From Candidatus Latescibacterota bacterium (GTDB lineage Bacteria; Latescibacterota; UBA2968; UBA8231), in assembly GCA_965206595.1 (NCBI GenBank), contig OZ242214.1, forward strand, positions 5,664,001 to 5,728,000: DNA of 64,000 bases, in the 5' to 3' direction. Positions 30,968 to 42,477 of the stretch are shown piece by piece. A program made the translations under genes and the position numbers. The notes under the pieces were generated by a model, which was not told the DNA's origin, did not search any database, and saw nothing but the letters and a program-made list of their open reading frames with translations. How positions within the stretch are numbered: the stretch's first letter is position 1; each line of letters opens with the position of its first letter.

Positions 30968-31441
30968 AAAGCCGGCCGTCAATGCTTCGCCGCTCATTTT
31001 CCTGGCGCGTGGCGACCTGCTCAGTCTGCTGAAAATCGCAGGTGATGAAGTCGTTGTCCCTGCCGCGGTTGCCGAAGAAATCCAACAGCGCGGGCCTGAT
31101 GATCCAACAGTCCAGGCCATCGAAAAAACATCCTGGCTGGCCGTCGTTCCTACACACCCATTCATGCACGAATCCAAGCGTGGGATTTAGGTCCAGGCGA
31201 ATCCTCTGTGCTGACTTGGGGTTATATCCATACAGGCACGGAAGTCGTAATTGACGACTCAGCCCGACGCTGCGCAACCGCATTGGGCATCCCTTTCCGA
31301 GGTACACTCGGTCTTGTTTTGGTTGCAAAGAGACGCGGGATGATCCCATCAGCACGGCCCGTAGTTGACCAACTCCGGCAGTCGGGTATGTACCTGTCCG
31401 ACCATGTCGTGGACAAGGCATTGGCTCTAGTCGGAGAATAG
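30960..31441 (+). pseudogene. DUF3368/PIN toxin, frameshifted at ~31170
   Basis: VNASPLI N-terminal part; the other frame continues IQAWDLGPGESSVL...IDD..ARRCA..GTLG. Confidence 0.85.
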
Positions 31442-31453
31442 GGCTTGAAACCC

Positions 31454-33349
31454 TCATTCAGTTGCGCGTTGCGGTTCCGTGGCGATGACCTGGTCGACAA
31501 GCCCTACTTGGCGGGCGATCTCCATGATCTGGACGATCTGTGCACGCGCGGCGTCCTCGTCTCCCTGGATGACAATGACAATCGTCTCAGTTTCGGGGTT
31601 GTTATGCAGCAGTCTCTTCGCCTGCAATTCCTCTTTGAGGGTCGCAAACGTCACGGATTCGTCGCCGTTCAACTTCATGTTGCCGTCCTGATCCAAGACA
31701 ATAAATAGGTTCGCCTTTTCGGGGGCCGTGAGCGCGAGAATCCGCGCCTTCAGCTCCTCGGACCATTCGTCCGGATCGGTCGCCATCGCCTCTTGCCAGA
31801 CCCTGCGACTGCGAATTTCCTCGGAAAATTCATCCAGGTCCCATCCGGCGCGCTCGATGTCGGCGTTCAGATCCTCCGTCCACTCATCCGGTGGGGTGGC
31901 CATCGCCCGTACCACCACGACCGCCGCCCGGATTAATGCTTCGGCCGACGCCGGGATTCCGCCCTCCTGGCGCTTTCGGACCGCCTCCGCAATCTCCTCG
32001 ATGGTGGTGTCCGATTTGAGCGCGAGTGGGGGGCCTTGAGCCAGATGATAGGTCGCCATCGCCATCGCCTCCCCCCGCAGCCTGCGCTGAGGCAGCCGGG
32101 CCTTCAGCTCTTCGATGGTGTTGTCCGGTTCGAGGGCGAGAAGCCGGGCTTTCAGCTCTTCGATGGTGTTGTCCGGTTCGAGGGTGAGAAGCCGGGCCTT
32201 CAGCTCCACGGACCATTCGTCCGGATCCGTAGCCAGCGCTTCTCGCCAGGCTCCGTCCTGATCCGATTCCGTTGCGGCTTCGGCCATCGCCCGATTGTCC
32301 CCCAGGCTGGTGTCCTCACTGCCATAGGAGGGCAGAGTCACGACCATCAGGGGACCAAGCAGTACCGCCGCCAACACGCGGGCTCGCGTGCCCATCCGGC
32401 GGGCACCGCCGCCGAGTGACCTGCGGATTCTCAGCGCCAGGTCAGATTCCGCTGCTGCAAAAGCGTTCATCGTGGGGATTCTCCTTACCAAAGGATTGAA
32501 GTGGGACGCACGTTCGGCGACGTGGGCAAGGCCACGCGCATAAGCTTTTCCGCGACCGGTGGCGCATACCACGAGATCGTCGCATGCCTGTTCGGCCTCC
32601 CGCCGCAGCATGCGGCCGCACAGCCACACCGCAGGATGGAAGAACAATACCGCGGCGACCAGCCGGTGCAGCAGCAGCACGAGGTTGTCGCAGCGGCGCA
32701 CGTGCGCCAGCTCGTGCATGAGGATCAGGGAGAGTTCGTCGGCGCGAAGCTTGTCCACGAGATCGGCCGGGAAGACGATGATCGGTCTCAGGATGCCCAG
32801 GGCCATCGGCGAGCCGATAGAAGGTGAGGTCGCCACCTCCACCCTGGGATAGCAGTCGAACTCCTGACGCGCCTGGCGCAGGGCGTCGAAGAGCGGACCG
32901 CCGCGCTGCACCTGTGCCTGCCGCCGCAAGCGCCAGAGGATTCCCTGGCCGATCATAATGCGCCCGATGAGCAGCGCCGCCCCTGCCATCCACAGAATCG
33001 CTCCCCAGCCGGCTGCCGTAAGTCCCACGCTGCTTGTGGCGACTATCGGAAAAGCAGCTGCATGCACAGGGGGCTCGACAGGCAGGAATGCGAGGGCTTC
33101 CCGACCGGACTCAGCGAGCGGCACCAACGGGGTGAATAGCGTGAATAGCGTAAAGGGCGAGCTGACCGCCACAGCGACGAGCGGCTTGAGCAGCACGACG
33201 ACCCACAACAAGTGGCGCAAGGCCGGCGATTTGATCGGCAGCAGGCGCCCGGCTGCCAGGACTACCAGGGCCAGCACCGCCAGCTCGATGCTCAGCTGCC
33301 CAAACCACCCGAACAGGTCACTACCCAGTCCGTTCAAAACCGCATTCAC
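31454..33349 (-). CDS. BlaR1/M56 metallopeptidase with helical repeats and C-terminal ExbD-like domain
   Basis: TM N-terminus, HELAH, EQACDD; C-terminus VIQGDEDA..QIVQIMEIARQVGL. Confidence 0.9.
   Translation of the reverse strand: MNAVLNGLGSDLFGWFGQLSIELAVLALVVLAAGRLLPIKSPALRHLLWVVVLLKPLVAVAVSSPFTLFTLFTPLVPLAESGREALAFLPVEPPVHAAAFPIVATSSVGLTAAGWGAILWMAGAALLIGRIMIGQGILWRLRRQAQVQRGGPLFDALRQARQEFDCYPRVEVATSPSIGSPMALGILRPIIVFPADLVDKLRADELSLILMHELAHVRRCDNLVLLLHRLVAAVLFFHPAVWLCGRMLRREAEQACDDLVVCATGRGKAYARGLAHVAERASHFNPLVRRIPTMNAFAAAESDLALRIRRSLGGGARRMGTRARVLAAVLLGPLMVVTLPSYGSEDTSLGDNRAMAEAATESDQDGAWREALATDPDEWSVELKARLLTLEPDNTIEELKARLLALEPDNTIEELKARLPQRRLRGEAMAMATYHLAQGPPLALKSDTTIEEIAEAVRKRQEGGIPASAEALIRAAVVVVRAMATPPDEWTEDLNADIERAGWDLDEFSEEIRSRRVWQEAMATDPDEWSEELKARILALTAPEKANLFIVLDQDGNMKLNGDESVTFATLKEELQAKRLLHNNPETETIVIVIQGDEDAARAQIVQIMEIARQVGLVDQVIATEPQRATE
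32093..32206 (-). repeat. 48-nt tandem repeat within the M56 gene
   Basis: ELKARLLTLEPDNTIE / ELKARLLALEPDNTIE / ELKARL. Confidence 0.85.
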
Positions 33350-33753
33350 TGTCGGCCTCCTTTCCTGCGTTCGAGGGCTCGGTCCAGCTCCTCCCGGATC
33401 GCCGCCAACTCCTCGTCAGTGAGCGACTGGCCGTCCAGCAGTTGACTGACCAGGGCCTCGGCCGAGCCGGCAAAGAACGAGTCGATCACCTCCCCCAGGG
33501 AGCGCCGCCCCATATCCTCGCGCGTGACCACCGGGCGGTAGAGGTCGGACCGGCCTTCCCGCTCCGAGACCAGAAAGCCCTTGTCGCGCAGAATGCGCAT
33601 GATGGTCAGGACCGTGTTGTAGGCCATCGGCTTGACGGTATTCAGCCGCTCCTGCACCTGCTTGACCGCCGCGGGGGACTCGTCCCACAGAACGTTCATG
33701 ATCATTGTTTCCAGCGGGGTCAGCTTCCTGTCGGGTTTCTTTCCGTTCGCCAC
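33346..33753 (-). CDS. BlaI/MecI/CopY family repressor
   Basis: LTPLETMIMNVLW, AYNTVLTIMRILRDKG, FFAGSAEALV; GTGA overlap with the M56 gene. Confidence 0.95.
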   Translation of the reverse strand: MANGKKPDRKLTPLETMIMNVLWDESPAAVKQVQERLNTVKPMAYNTVLTIMRILRDKGFLVSEREGRSDLYRPVVTREDMGRRSLGEVIDSFFAGSAEALVSQLLDGQSLTDEELAAIREELDRALERRKGGRQ

Positions 33754-33768
33754 CTGACGTGTCCTTTC

Positions 33769-33831
33769 AACTAAGAACTTAGTTTCAATGTATCTGGCGA
33801 TCCCCGGCTTGTCAACTAATTTTTTAGTTGA
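33769..33831. promoter_or_regulatory. Two palindromic operators (AACTAA-N4-TTAGTT) upstream of the blaI-like gene
   Basis: aactaagaacttagtt at 33769-33784 and tcaactaattttttagttga at 33812-33831. Confidence 0.8.
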
Positions 33832-33934
33832 TCTGGGAAAAACGGGAGGGAATAGTCGGCAAATGCGGCCGACTGTGCTTCTTCGCCTGGGAAGGAACTT
33901 CAGGAGGTCAGGGGCCTGCCCGCGGGCGGGAGGA

Positions 33935-34800
33935 GGTCCAGGACGAGCCGGGCGTTGGGGCAGTGCTGCCGGATGGCGCCGATGAAGGTCTCGCTCATAT
34001 CGCAGCAGGCCCAGCGGATGCGGGCCTTCCGGAAGGCGCTGAGATGGTCCCGGAAGAACGTATCGATCGTTTCGCGGGCCTTGCCCTTGCCGATCCAGAC
34101 GACACAGGAGCGCTCCAGGTCGTAGACCAGGGTGGCGTATTTATGGCCCTTGGCGTAGGAGATCTCGTCGATGCCGAGGGTCGTCAGCGCGCGGATGCGA
34201 TGGCCTGTACGCCGGCGCTCGATGAGCCGGTGCACCTGGTCGGACAGGGTCGAAGGAGCCAGGCCCAGCAAGCGCGCGGCGGTGACCTGCGGCATCCACT
34301 GGCAGTAGGTCAGCAGCAGGTATTCGAAGCGGTAGCTGACCCGGGCCGAGGGCGCCGCCCAGGGCACCTCCTCGACGTGCCGGCCGTGGGTCGGACAGCG
34401 GATCTCTCGAGGGCGGTGGTGCAACCAGACGGTACGGCCGCAAACGCGGACGTCGCGCCAGCGGCGGGGCTCCATGACCCGTACGATCTTGCCGCGGCGC
34501 CCACACTGGGGACAGCGGCACCCATTGTTGTGGGGTTGCACCGAGACCACGACGGCCGCTTCCTCCCCGCGTCCTTCGAACCACACGTCGACAGCGCCAA
34601 ACCCCTTGAACTTGAACAGCTTGGAGACGAACTTCATAGCGGTCATAGGTCGCCTTCCCTTCCCTTTCCTGGGGAGTGCTTGATGGGGATACACCAAGCA
34701 TAGGGAACGACCTATGGCCTTGTCATGTACTCAGATGAACAGCAAGGGCTCAGGTACTTTCCGTACTTACGTTTCGGCGTTGAAAAACCTGGATAGACCC
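33935..34800 (-). mobile_element. ISL3-family element copy 1, 3'-truncated
   Basis: Left IR gggtctatcc..tttttcaa at 34800; CPQC zinc finger, LGIDE, CCDM; stops at LVLD. Confidence 0.92.
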
Positions 34801-35109
34801 CATGAAGTCTCTGAAGGGAATGAGTTTGTTACGGAAGGGGATGCCTGTCCCGCCAGATACCCTTACGGAGTCAATTCTGGACAAATCGGAAGAAGAACGG
34901 CGCGAAGCCCGTGCCGAGGGTGAAGTTGATATAGTGACTTGGTTTGAGGGCCACAGGTCAATCACCGCATGGGAAGAAATAATCGGACTCGGAGGCTATG
35001 GGCGTGTATTGACGATTCTCACATGTCCAGATCTGGTTGATGAAGTCTATTTGGAGGAGGACTATGATTCTGACGAGGTATTGGAGGAGAGTTGGACACC
35101 TCGTTTTCG
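34801..35109 (+). pseudogene. C-terminal fragment of an ImmA/IrrE (CapP-like) peptidase
   Basis: EEIIGLGGYGRVLTIL, acidic stretch, EESWTPRFR; recognised from memory; lies between two ISL3 left ends. Confidence 0.5.
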
Positions 35110-36442
35110 GGGTCTATCCGGGTTTTTCAACGCCGAAACGTAAGTACGGAAAGTACCTGAGCCCTTGCTGTTCATCTGAGTACATGACAAGGCCATAGGT
35201 CGTTCCCTATGCTTGGTGTATCCCCATCAAGCACTCCCCAGGAAAGGGAAGGGAAGGCGACCTATGACCGCTATGAAGTTCGTCTCCAAGCTGTTCAAGT
35301 TCAAGGGGTTTGGCGCTGTGGGCGTGTGGTTCGAAGGACACGGGGAGGAAGCGGCCGTCGTGGTCGCGGTGAAGCCCCACAACAATGGGTGCCGCTGTCC
35401 CCAGTGTGGGCGCCGCGGCAAGATCGTACGGATCATGGAGCCCCGCCGCTGGCGCGACGTCCGCATTTGCGGCCGTACCGTCTGGTTGTACCACCGCCCT
35501 CGAGAGATCCGCTGTCCGACCCACGGCCGGCACGTCGAGGAGGTGCCCTGGGCAGCGCCCTCGGCCCGGGTCAGCTACCGCTTCGAATACCTGCTGCTGA
35601 CCTACTGCCAGTGGATGCCGCAGGTCACCGCCGCGCGCTTGCTGGGCCTGGCTCCTTCGACCCTGTCCGACCAGGTGCACCGGCTCATCGAGCGCCGGCG
35701 TACAGGCCATCGCATCCGCGCGCTGACGACCCTCGGCATCGACGAGATCTCCTACGCCAAGGGCCATAAATACGCCACCCTGGTCTACGACCTGGAGCGC
35801 TCCTGTGTCGTCTGGATCGGCAAGGGCAAGGCCCGCGAAACGATCGATACGTTCTTCCGGGACCATCTCAGCGCCTTCCGGAAGGCCCGTATCCGCTGGG
35901 CCTGCTGCGATATGAGCGAGACCTTCATCGGCGCCATCCGCCAGCACTGCCCCAACGCCCAGCTCGTCCTGGACCGATTCCACGTCGTCAAGGCCCTCAA
36001 CGAAGCCGTCGACGAGGTGCGCAAGGAACAGTGGCGGCAAGCCTGCGGCGAGGACCGCAAGCTGCTCAAGGGCCTGCGCTGGGTGCTGCTGCATCACTCC
36101 GCCCGGCGCTCGCCAAAGGACCGGCGCACGCTCCAAACCCTGGAGAAGGCCAACCGCCGCATCTACCGCGCCTGGCGCCTGAAGGACGAGTTCGAGCACT
36201 TCTGGCGCTACAAGGCGCGCTGGGCCGCCGAACGCTTCCTCAAGAAGTGGACGACGGCGGCCCTGCGCAGCCGCCTGGAGCCCCTGCGCAGGTTCGTCAA
36301 CACGGTGCGCAAGCATGCGGCCGGCATCACGGCCTTCGTCGACACGCACCTGACCAACGCCGCCGCCGAAGGGCTCAATCGAATCATCCGCATGGTCAAG
36401 AATCGAGCCAGTGGATTTAAATCTCTGGATGCCTTTGCCGAC
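35110..36442 (+). mobile_element. ISL3-family element copy 2, cut near its 3' end
   Basis: Left IR at 35110; transposase matches copy 3 up to SLDAFAD, then ISKra4 sequence begins. Confidence 0.93.
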
Positions 36443-38005
36443 GGGTGTCTTAGCTGATTGTTACGGTTTCGGTGGTTGTTTTCAGGTTTTCTCGGTACTG
36501 CTGAAAGACCCGGTCAAGCGTTCCATTGTACAAGGCGCAGCGCAGGGCCAGAATGGCGTTGCTGTTTTCCTTATACCACCAAGCGCCCGACCGTTTCAGA
36601 CGAACATGGCCGATGAAGCGATGCGCCGATTCGATCGCCCCCGACCCGATCGGGTATCCCCCCTTGCGATGGCTGCCGAAATCGACTTGGTGCAGTCGCT
36701 TTTGCAGGTAGGTCAAGGCCGTGCCGATGGCCTCTCCGGCCTCTTCCGAGAGCGGCTGCATGCGCTGCAGCCCCCAGACCACGCCGGTGCCCTCGCCGCA
36801 GAACAGGCAAAGCCAAGGTCGCTTCCAGCCAATGGGCAGCACGCGCCGCATCGGCGCCGTATTGGGCCTCGGCCACCGCGTGCAGGTAGCGGCTGCAATG
36901 GGAGTAGTCGAGGATCTGACGGGCGCCGGGGAACAGCTCTTCCACCCCCTTCCAGATCCACGGAGCGCCATCTCCGATGGCACACAAGCGCACCTGATCC
37001 TCCGGGATCAGCCCCGCCTCCTTGACCTGGCGCAAGGCCGCGCCGAAGGCCTGTTCGTTGCCCATCTGGTGCCAGGAGATCAGCTGCTCGATGCGCTCAT
37101 CGTCTATCAGGTAGAAGCGAAAGCCCTTGGCTTCGTGGTATTCCCCCTGCCAACGCCTTCGCCGAGACCGGCTCTTCTTGCGTCCGGGACGGGTGCCTTT
37201 GGCGGTCTGGGGACGACGGGGCACGTCGGCCTTAGTCGATGGCCAACACCACGATGGGCCGCCACTTGCGACCGGCGGCGGCGTGCGCAATGCGATCCTG
37301 GATGTCGGCCGCGTCCGGACACACCTGCAGCACGTCCAACGACCCGGTCTGTTGCAGCACCTCGTGAATCACACAATCGCTCATCGACGCGTCGGTGAGC
37401 TCGTCCAACAGTTCGGCGGCGCGCCGGTGGGGCATCTCCAGCCCCAGCTTGACCCCGGCCTGCTGCACGTCCCACTGCTTGCGCTGCGCCGACAGACCGA
37501 GAGCTTCGTCCAGCGGATAGAACCCGTGGTGACAGCCAACGCAGTAGAAATAGGGACGCTCCAAGGTCACCGGCCCGAGCAGCGTCTCCTGCGTGCGCGA
37601 GCGAGACGGGCGCGCTCGCAGCAGGCCTTTGCACTTGGGGCAGGCCGCCTCTTCCTGGGCCAGGAAATGGCCGTGGCGGCGTTCGACGAAGGCTTCCACC
37701 AAGGCCGCGGGGAGCCCGGAGCGCTCTTGAGACATCGCCGCGGTGATCTCCATCAACGTCGGCGCACAAGATCCGCGCGCGCTCATTTGCGCCTCCACCC
37801 GATCCAGCCATTGGTCCAAGGCTTCATGCGCCCGGCTTCGAAAGCGGTCCTGACTCTGCCGCTCCTGAAAAACTTCCAGAGAGAGAATCGCACTCATCGC
37901 TCCCCTTCTTTCTGAAATCAGGGGAGCGCGCCGCAGGGGATGCGGCAAAAGAAAGCAACTTACTGTAAAATATACACATACGCCACCTGAATTGCGCTAT
38001 GACAA
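36443..38005 (-). mobile_element. ISKra4-family element, transposase frameshifted into three ORFs
   Basis: CPKC/RPYFYC..C, IGDGAPWIW, ILDYSH, IGSGAIESAHR..RLKRSGAWW; ends approximate. Confidence 0.85.
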
Positions 38006-38014
38006 TTACTTAAG

Positions 38015-39874
38015 CCTTTGTTATTCATTCAACCCGCGCATAAGCGGACATAGGCGCTTCCGAGACCCCTTTGCTTAGCCTCAGAGGCTTGCGTCCCTTC
38101 TATAGTCGGCTTTTTGGGTAGAGCCGTCTCCTTATCTCTACCGACCTTGTTGAAATTGTACACGCCTTCTCGAAGACGCTTGCCTTTGCGAGCCCATCAT
38201 CCCGACCGACCCGGCCTGCGCTTACGCCATCGCCGCGTCCACCGGTTTGAGCGTGGCCAGAAATCTCCACAGACGATCCCAGGCAGCCGCCGTCCCTTGG
38301 GTCAGGATGACGCCCACCCTGCGCCCATGCAAGGTGACGCGGGACGGCAGGCGCAGGTAGCGCCGTCGAAAACTGTCCAGGCTCAGGGCCGTCGTCGAGC
38401 GTCCGTATGTGCGGGGCCGCCCGCGTCGGGCCTCGGCGCGTTCGGCGGCCTGGCGGCCCAGGTGAAGCAGGTTGTAGGCCAGCAGGTTCAAGGTCAGAAG
38501 CGCCTGGTTGGCAGCGAAGGCATCCCGGGACGGGGTGCGCTGACGCGGCTCTCGACCCCGGTAGTGTTGCTTGCGACGGGTGGTAGAGGAGAGCTGAGGC
38601 TGGAGGGTGGAGCTCAACTCGCCGAGCATGCGCTCGAAAAGGCCGCGCTGACGATAAAAGGCGACCAGGTCGCGGCCGCTCATCGTCTGGGGACTCTGGT
38701 CGGTGATCAGGAAGAAGTGGCGGGCGATGGGCAGCTCTTCCGTCTCGGAAGGGACCAGGACCAACACCACCCGCCGGGGCTGCGCCCAGGACCTGGCTTG
38801 ATAGCGCAGCTCGCGACAGCGAAAACCCTCTTCCCGCAGCTCTTCCGGGTGCTGCGCCAGCTCCTGCTGATAGCCTTCCACCCAGGCACGAGCCAGCTCC
38901 TCCAGGCGCGCATTCTTCTTGATGCGCGCCACGTACGAGGTGTCGGCCCGCGCTTCCAGCTCACTCAGGAAAGACCCGCTCACCGAGGCCGCGTCGAAGC
39001 GCAGGATGAGGCGCCGGGCCAGATGCGACTGAATCCAGTCCAAGCGCTTGCCGAGAGCCTCTGAGGCGCCCTCATGGGCGTGCACGTTGCCCGGCCGCAG
39101 CACGGCACCGAAGAAATCGCCCGTCTGCGCCGAGCCGAGGAGCAGGGGATGGTACCCCGAGGCGTGGAAGTAGCCGTTGTATTCGACCCCCGCCTGGTGC
39201 CCGTGCGCCGGCATCGGCAGGGCATCCATGTCGACGGCCAACTCCTCGTATTTCATCCGTCCTTCCAGCAGCCGGCAACGAGACCGGGCGCTGCGCAGGA
39301 CGGCTTCCTCCAACACCTCGCGGTTATAGGCAGTCGAGGCTTGCTCGAGCAGGCGCGACAGCGTCGGCTGACTGGCCAGTCCCTGCGGCCGGTCTTCGTC
39401 GCCGCTGCGCAACGGCGCCTGCCCTTTGCGATCGCTGACCGCCAGACGCAGGATCGGATCTTGGCGCAACGCGTCGGCGTCGGCGGCGTGGGTCCAGCCC
39501 TGTGCCAGCAGCACGATCTGTGTGCGCAGCAGCTCCGGCAGCGGGTGCGTGATCTGGTCTTGGGTACGGAGATCCTCGAAGTGGGCGTCGAGCCAATCCA
39601 GAACCCGGCTGTGTTCGAGCAGTTGACGCAACATCAGCGCACCGGTGTCGCTGCCAAGGTGGGTGGGGCGGGCTTCGATGTGGATGGAGCGGTTGAAAGA
39701 CGGCTGAATCGGCCCGGCTTGCTCGGACTCGGTGTGTGACGGTAATTCACCCATTGGGTGTCCTACTGTGTGATGGGTTCAAAGGGCGATACTGCCTTGT
39801 GTTTCCCTCTGAAATCTAAGCATGGGAGGCACCCAGTACAGCCCTCTCCACTAAAATTCCATGAATAACAAGGG
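38015..39874 (-). mobile_element. IS1380-family element (transposase 38222-39754)
   Basis: TIRs cctttgttattcat / atgaataacaaggg; SDTGAL, LASQPTLSRL, LRFDA, FYRQRG. Confidence 0.92.
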
Positions 39875-39939
39875 GTCATACCAGGTAGATGGGTGGAGGA
39901 ATCATGGATTGGATTGTTAAGCGAACGGAAATGCATCGG

Positions 39940-42435
39940 TCATTCAGTAACGGCACTGCCAGGTTGCTTTTCTAGTGCAGAAATCCAATCTGCATATTCT
40001 GCTTTCAGCTTGGGATCCAATTGAAACGCGGTCCGGAAATGGTGCAACGCCTTTGTGGGCTGTTGCAGAAACTTGGCAGTGATCTGTCCCAGGTTCGTGT
40101 GCACGCGGGTTTGATCGGCGTCAAGCTGCAACGATTGTTGGAAATACTTCACCGCCTGTTCGTACTCCTTCCCCTCGACGGCGATCTTTCCCAGGCGATT
40201 AAAGGCCGGGGGCAGGGGTTGAATCTCGATGGACAGCAACAACACTTCCGCGGCTTCTTTCTTTTGGCCGCGATCATACAGCCTGTCCGCGAGCAAATAG
40301 TAGTAGCGGGACATCAGCCCCGCTTCACCGGGGTAGGAGGAGGAAATTTGCCGAACCCCTGATTTGAGAATGGTAACTGCAAGGCCGGGAAGGCCCAATT
40401 CAAAGAAACTCATACTTCCCGCCCAGAGAACCAAAGGGGGACTCTGGCCAGTATGGGGTACAGTGACTACCCCCTGGTTCGACCGACCCATTCGGCGATA
40501 TATCTCGGCCTCCATGAGAGGCGCGATTTTCGACTGGGGAAGTTGGCTTGTCGCTCGCGCCGTGGCCTGCAGACACTCGTTGAGGTTTCCGGTCTGAAGG
40601 GCGGAGCTTGCGGCCTCCAGCAGAGGGTCGGGGCAATAGGGGTTTACACGGACCCGTTTCCTCAGGCGCTCCAGGCCCTGTTCGAAGGCACCCTTGTCTT
40701 TCTTTTGGAAGATCATGACGGTTGGGTGATCATAGCCGGTAAACGACGGTTCGCTTCCGTCATCCTTGAACTTCATGGCGCCGAGGGAGGGATAGTTTCT
40801 GAAACGCTGGACCAGATCAAAGCCAAGCTCACCCTCTACCAACGCCCAGTAGAAAGCCGAACCGCCCGGAACAAGGTCGGGGGCGGCCGTGAACTGCTGG
40901 TAGCGATTGACGTCGGTTATAACGAGATAATCCAGATCGTTCACCTTTTCCTGGAGCCAATCGAGTTCCGCATTGCATGTGGCGTAACCCCGAATGTTAA
41001 AAAGAGTGACTGCCTGAATTACACGAACGTGATGTTTTCCGGAAGCGATCATTCGCTGCATCGAGAACCCACCCCGCTCGACGCCAATCCGGCTTCTGGC
41101 GGGGATATTCCCGTCAATCCAACGAGCGGCCTGTATGCGGCTGTCCTCCCGGGTGTAGAGGCCGGCAAATGCAACGCCGTACACAGCGCTGTACACAAGC
41201 ACCCCTGCGCACACTCCGACGGCGAGCTTGCGAACTCGGGGAAAGCGGTGGGACCGGACTATCCTGAGGCAGAGATCTCCTGCCAGAAGGGCCATGAACG
41301 GAAGCAGCGGCAGAAGATACCGAATAGGCTTGGTGTGGAGTCCCCCAATCACGGCAAAATAAAAACCGATCCAAAGCAGAATCAGACTTTTGTTGAGGTC
41401 CAGCTTCCAGAGGCCGTAGAATATCCCAAGGGCAAAGAGAATTGTAAGGGGCCAGCCGACGCCCAGCGGCAAAAGATGGCTCCAGTGATACAGGTAGGGG
41501 ACGGTGTGCACGTCCCATAGACTCCAGGGTTTGAGGAGTTCCCCGCGAGCCACTTTCATCGAATACCCCAGATCGCTGGGCGAGCCGACCTGGAAAAACA
41601 GTTCCCAGTTGGTCAGAAGAAAAGGCTGAAGAGCGAGCAGGCAGAGGACCGCGGCCATGCCCGATATCCAGAGTGGAAGGCTCAGGACTGCTTTGAGTTG
41701 GCGGTCGCGGACGACAAGGCCTGCGAGCAGCAGGAGTCCCACCGCCAGGCCGATCATGCGCACGGCGCCGCTGAGTCCTGCCAGTGCCCCCGCCAGTATG
41801 AACCATCGCAGGTTGTCCTTCTCCAGTGCATTCAACAAGGAGTAAACAGCCGCCAGAACCAGCAGGGTGAACAACCCGTCGACGGTATAGAAATGGGCGA
41901 GCTGAACCGCCAGGGGGGCTATGGCGACAATGAAGACAGCGAGCAGTCCAGTCAGCTCCCCGAACCACCGGGCCCCGAGCAACCAGACCAGGTACAGGGT
42001 CAGACAGGAGATCAGTACAGCCAGAAGGCGTGCGGTGATATATACATACCGGACATCATCCGGAGATTCCTGGTTCTTGAAGTCGATGCCCAGGACGATC
42101 CGTTTGAATTCCAGGACCCCCCGCAAAAGGTAGACCGGGAGCGTGCCGTAGCTGGTGAGCCCGGGAGCCAAGGGGTCGATGGGACCCAGGGCCGCCTTGA
42201 TGAGGGTGGTCTCGTCCGGATGGAAATGGTAGAACGCCCTGCTTCCTTCCGATTGGCTTTTTCCCGACACCACGAAGGTGCTGTCTCCCCTGGTCAACCC
42301 CCCGAAGCGAAGGGAGAAGCCCGCAACGAGACATGCAATCAAACAAAGGGTGGTGAGCCTGATCCTGTTTGGCGCGTGCACGGTTACCGGAAAAGCAAGC
42401 CCACCAGGTTGAGGCCAGCCGGGGGAGGGATCCAT
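39940..42435 (-). CDS. ArnT/GT39-like membrane glycosyltransferase with C-terminal TPRs
   Basis: FHPDE, AHFYTVD, RYLLPLLP, multiple TM helices, TPR tail; start uncertain. Confidence 0.88.
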   Translation of the reverse strand: MDPSPGWPQPGGLAFPVTVHAPNRIRLTTLCLIACLVAGFSLRFGGLTRGDSTFVVSGKSQSEGSRAFYHFHPDETTLIKAALGPIDPLAPGLTSYGTLPVYLLRGVLEFKRIVLGIDFKNQESPDDVRYVYITARLLAVLISCLTLYLVWLLGARWFGELTGLLAVFIVAIAPLAVQLAHFYTVDGLFTLLVLAAVYSLLNALEKDNLRWFILAGALAGLSGAVRMIGLAVGLLLLAGLVVRDRQLKAVLSLPLWISGMAAVLCLLALQPFLLTNWELFFQVGSPSDLGYSMKVARGELLKPWSLWDVHTVPYLYHWSHLLPLGVGWPLTILFALGIFYGLWKLDLNKSLILLWIGFYFAVIGGLHTKPIRYLLPLLPFMALLAGDLCLRIVRSHRFPRVRKLAVGVCAGVLVYSAVYGVAFAGLYTREDSRIQAARWIDGNIPARSRIGVERGGFSMQRMIASGKHHVRVIQAVTLFNIRGYATCNAELDWLQEKVNDLDYLVITDVNRYQQFTAAPDLVPGGSAFYWALVEGELGFDLVQRFRNYPSLGAMKFKDDGSEPSFTGYDHPTVMIFQKKDKGAFEQGLERLRKRVRVNPYCPDPLLEAASSALQTGNLNECLQATARATSQLPQSKIAPLMEAEIYRRMGRSNQGVVTVPHTGQSPPLVLWAGSMSFFELGLPGLAVTILKSGVRQISSSYPGEAGLMSRYYYLLADRLYDRGQKKEAAEVLLLSIEIQPLPPAFNRLGKIAVEGKEYEQAVKYFQQSLQLDADQTRVHTNLGQITAKFLQQPTKALHHFRTAFQLDPKLKAEYADWISALEKQPGSAVTE

Positions 42436-42477
42436 CGATTGCTTCGTCTGATTGTCGATGGGAAGCGGCCGGCCGCC

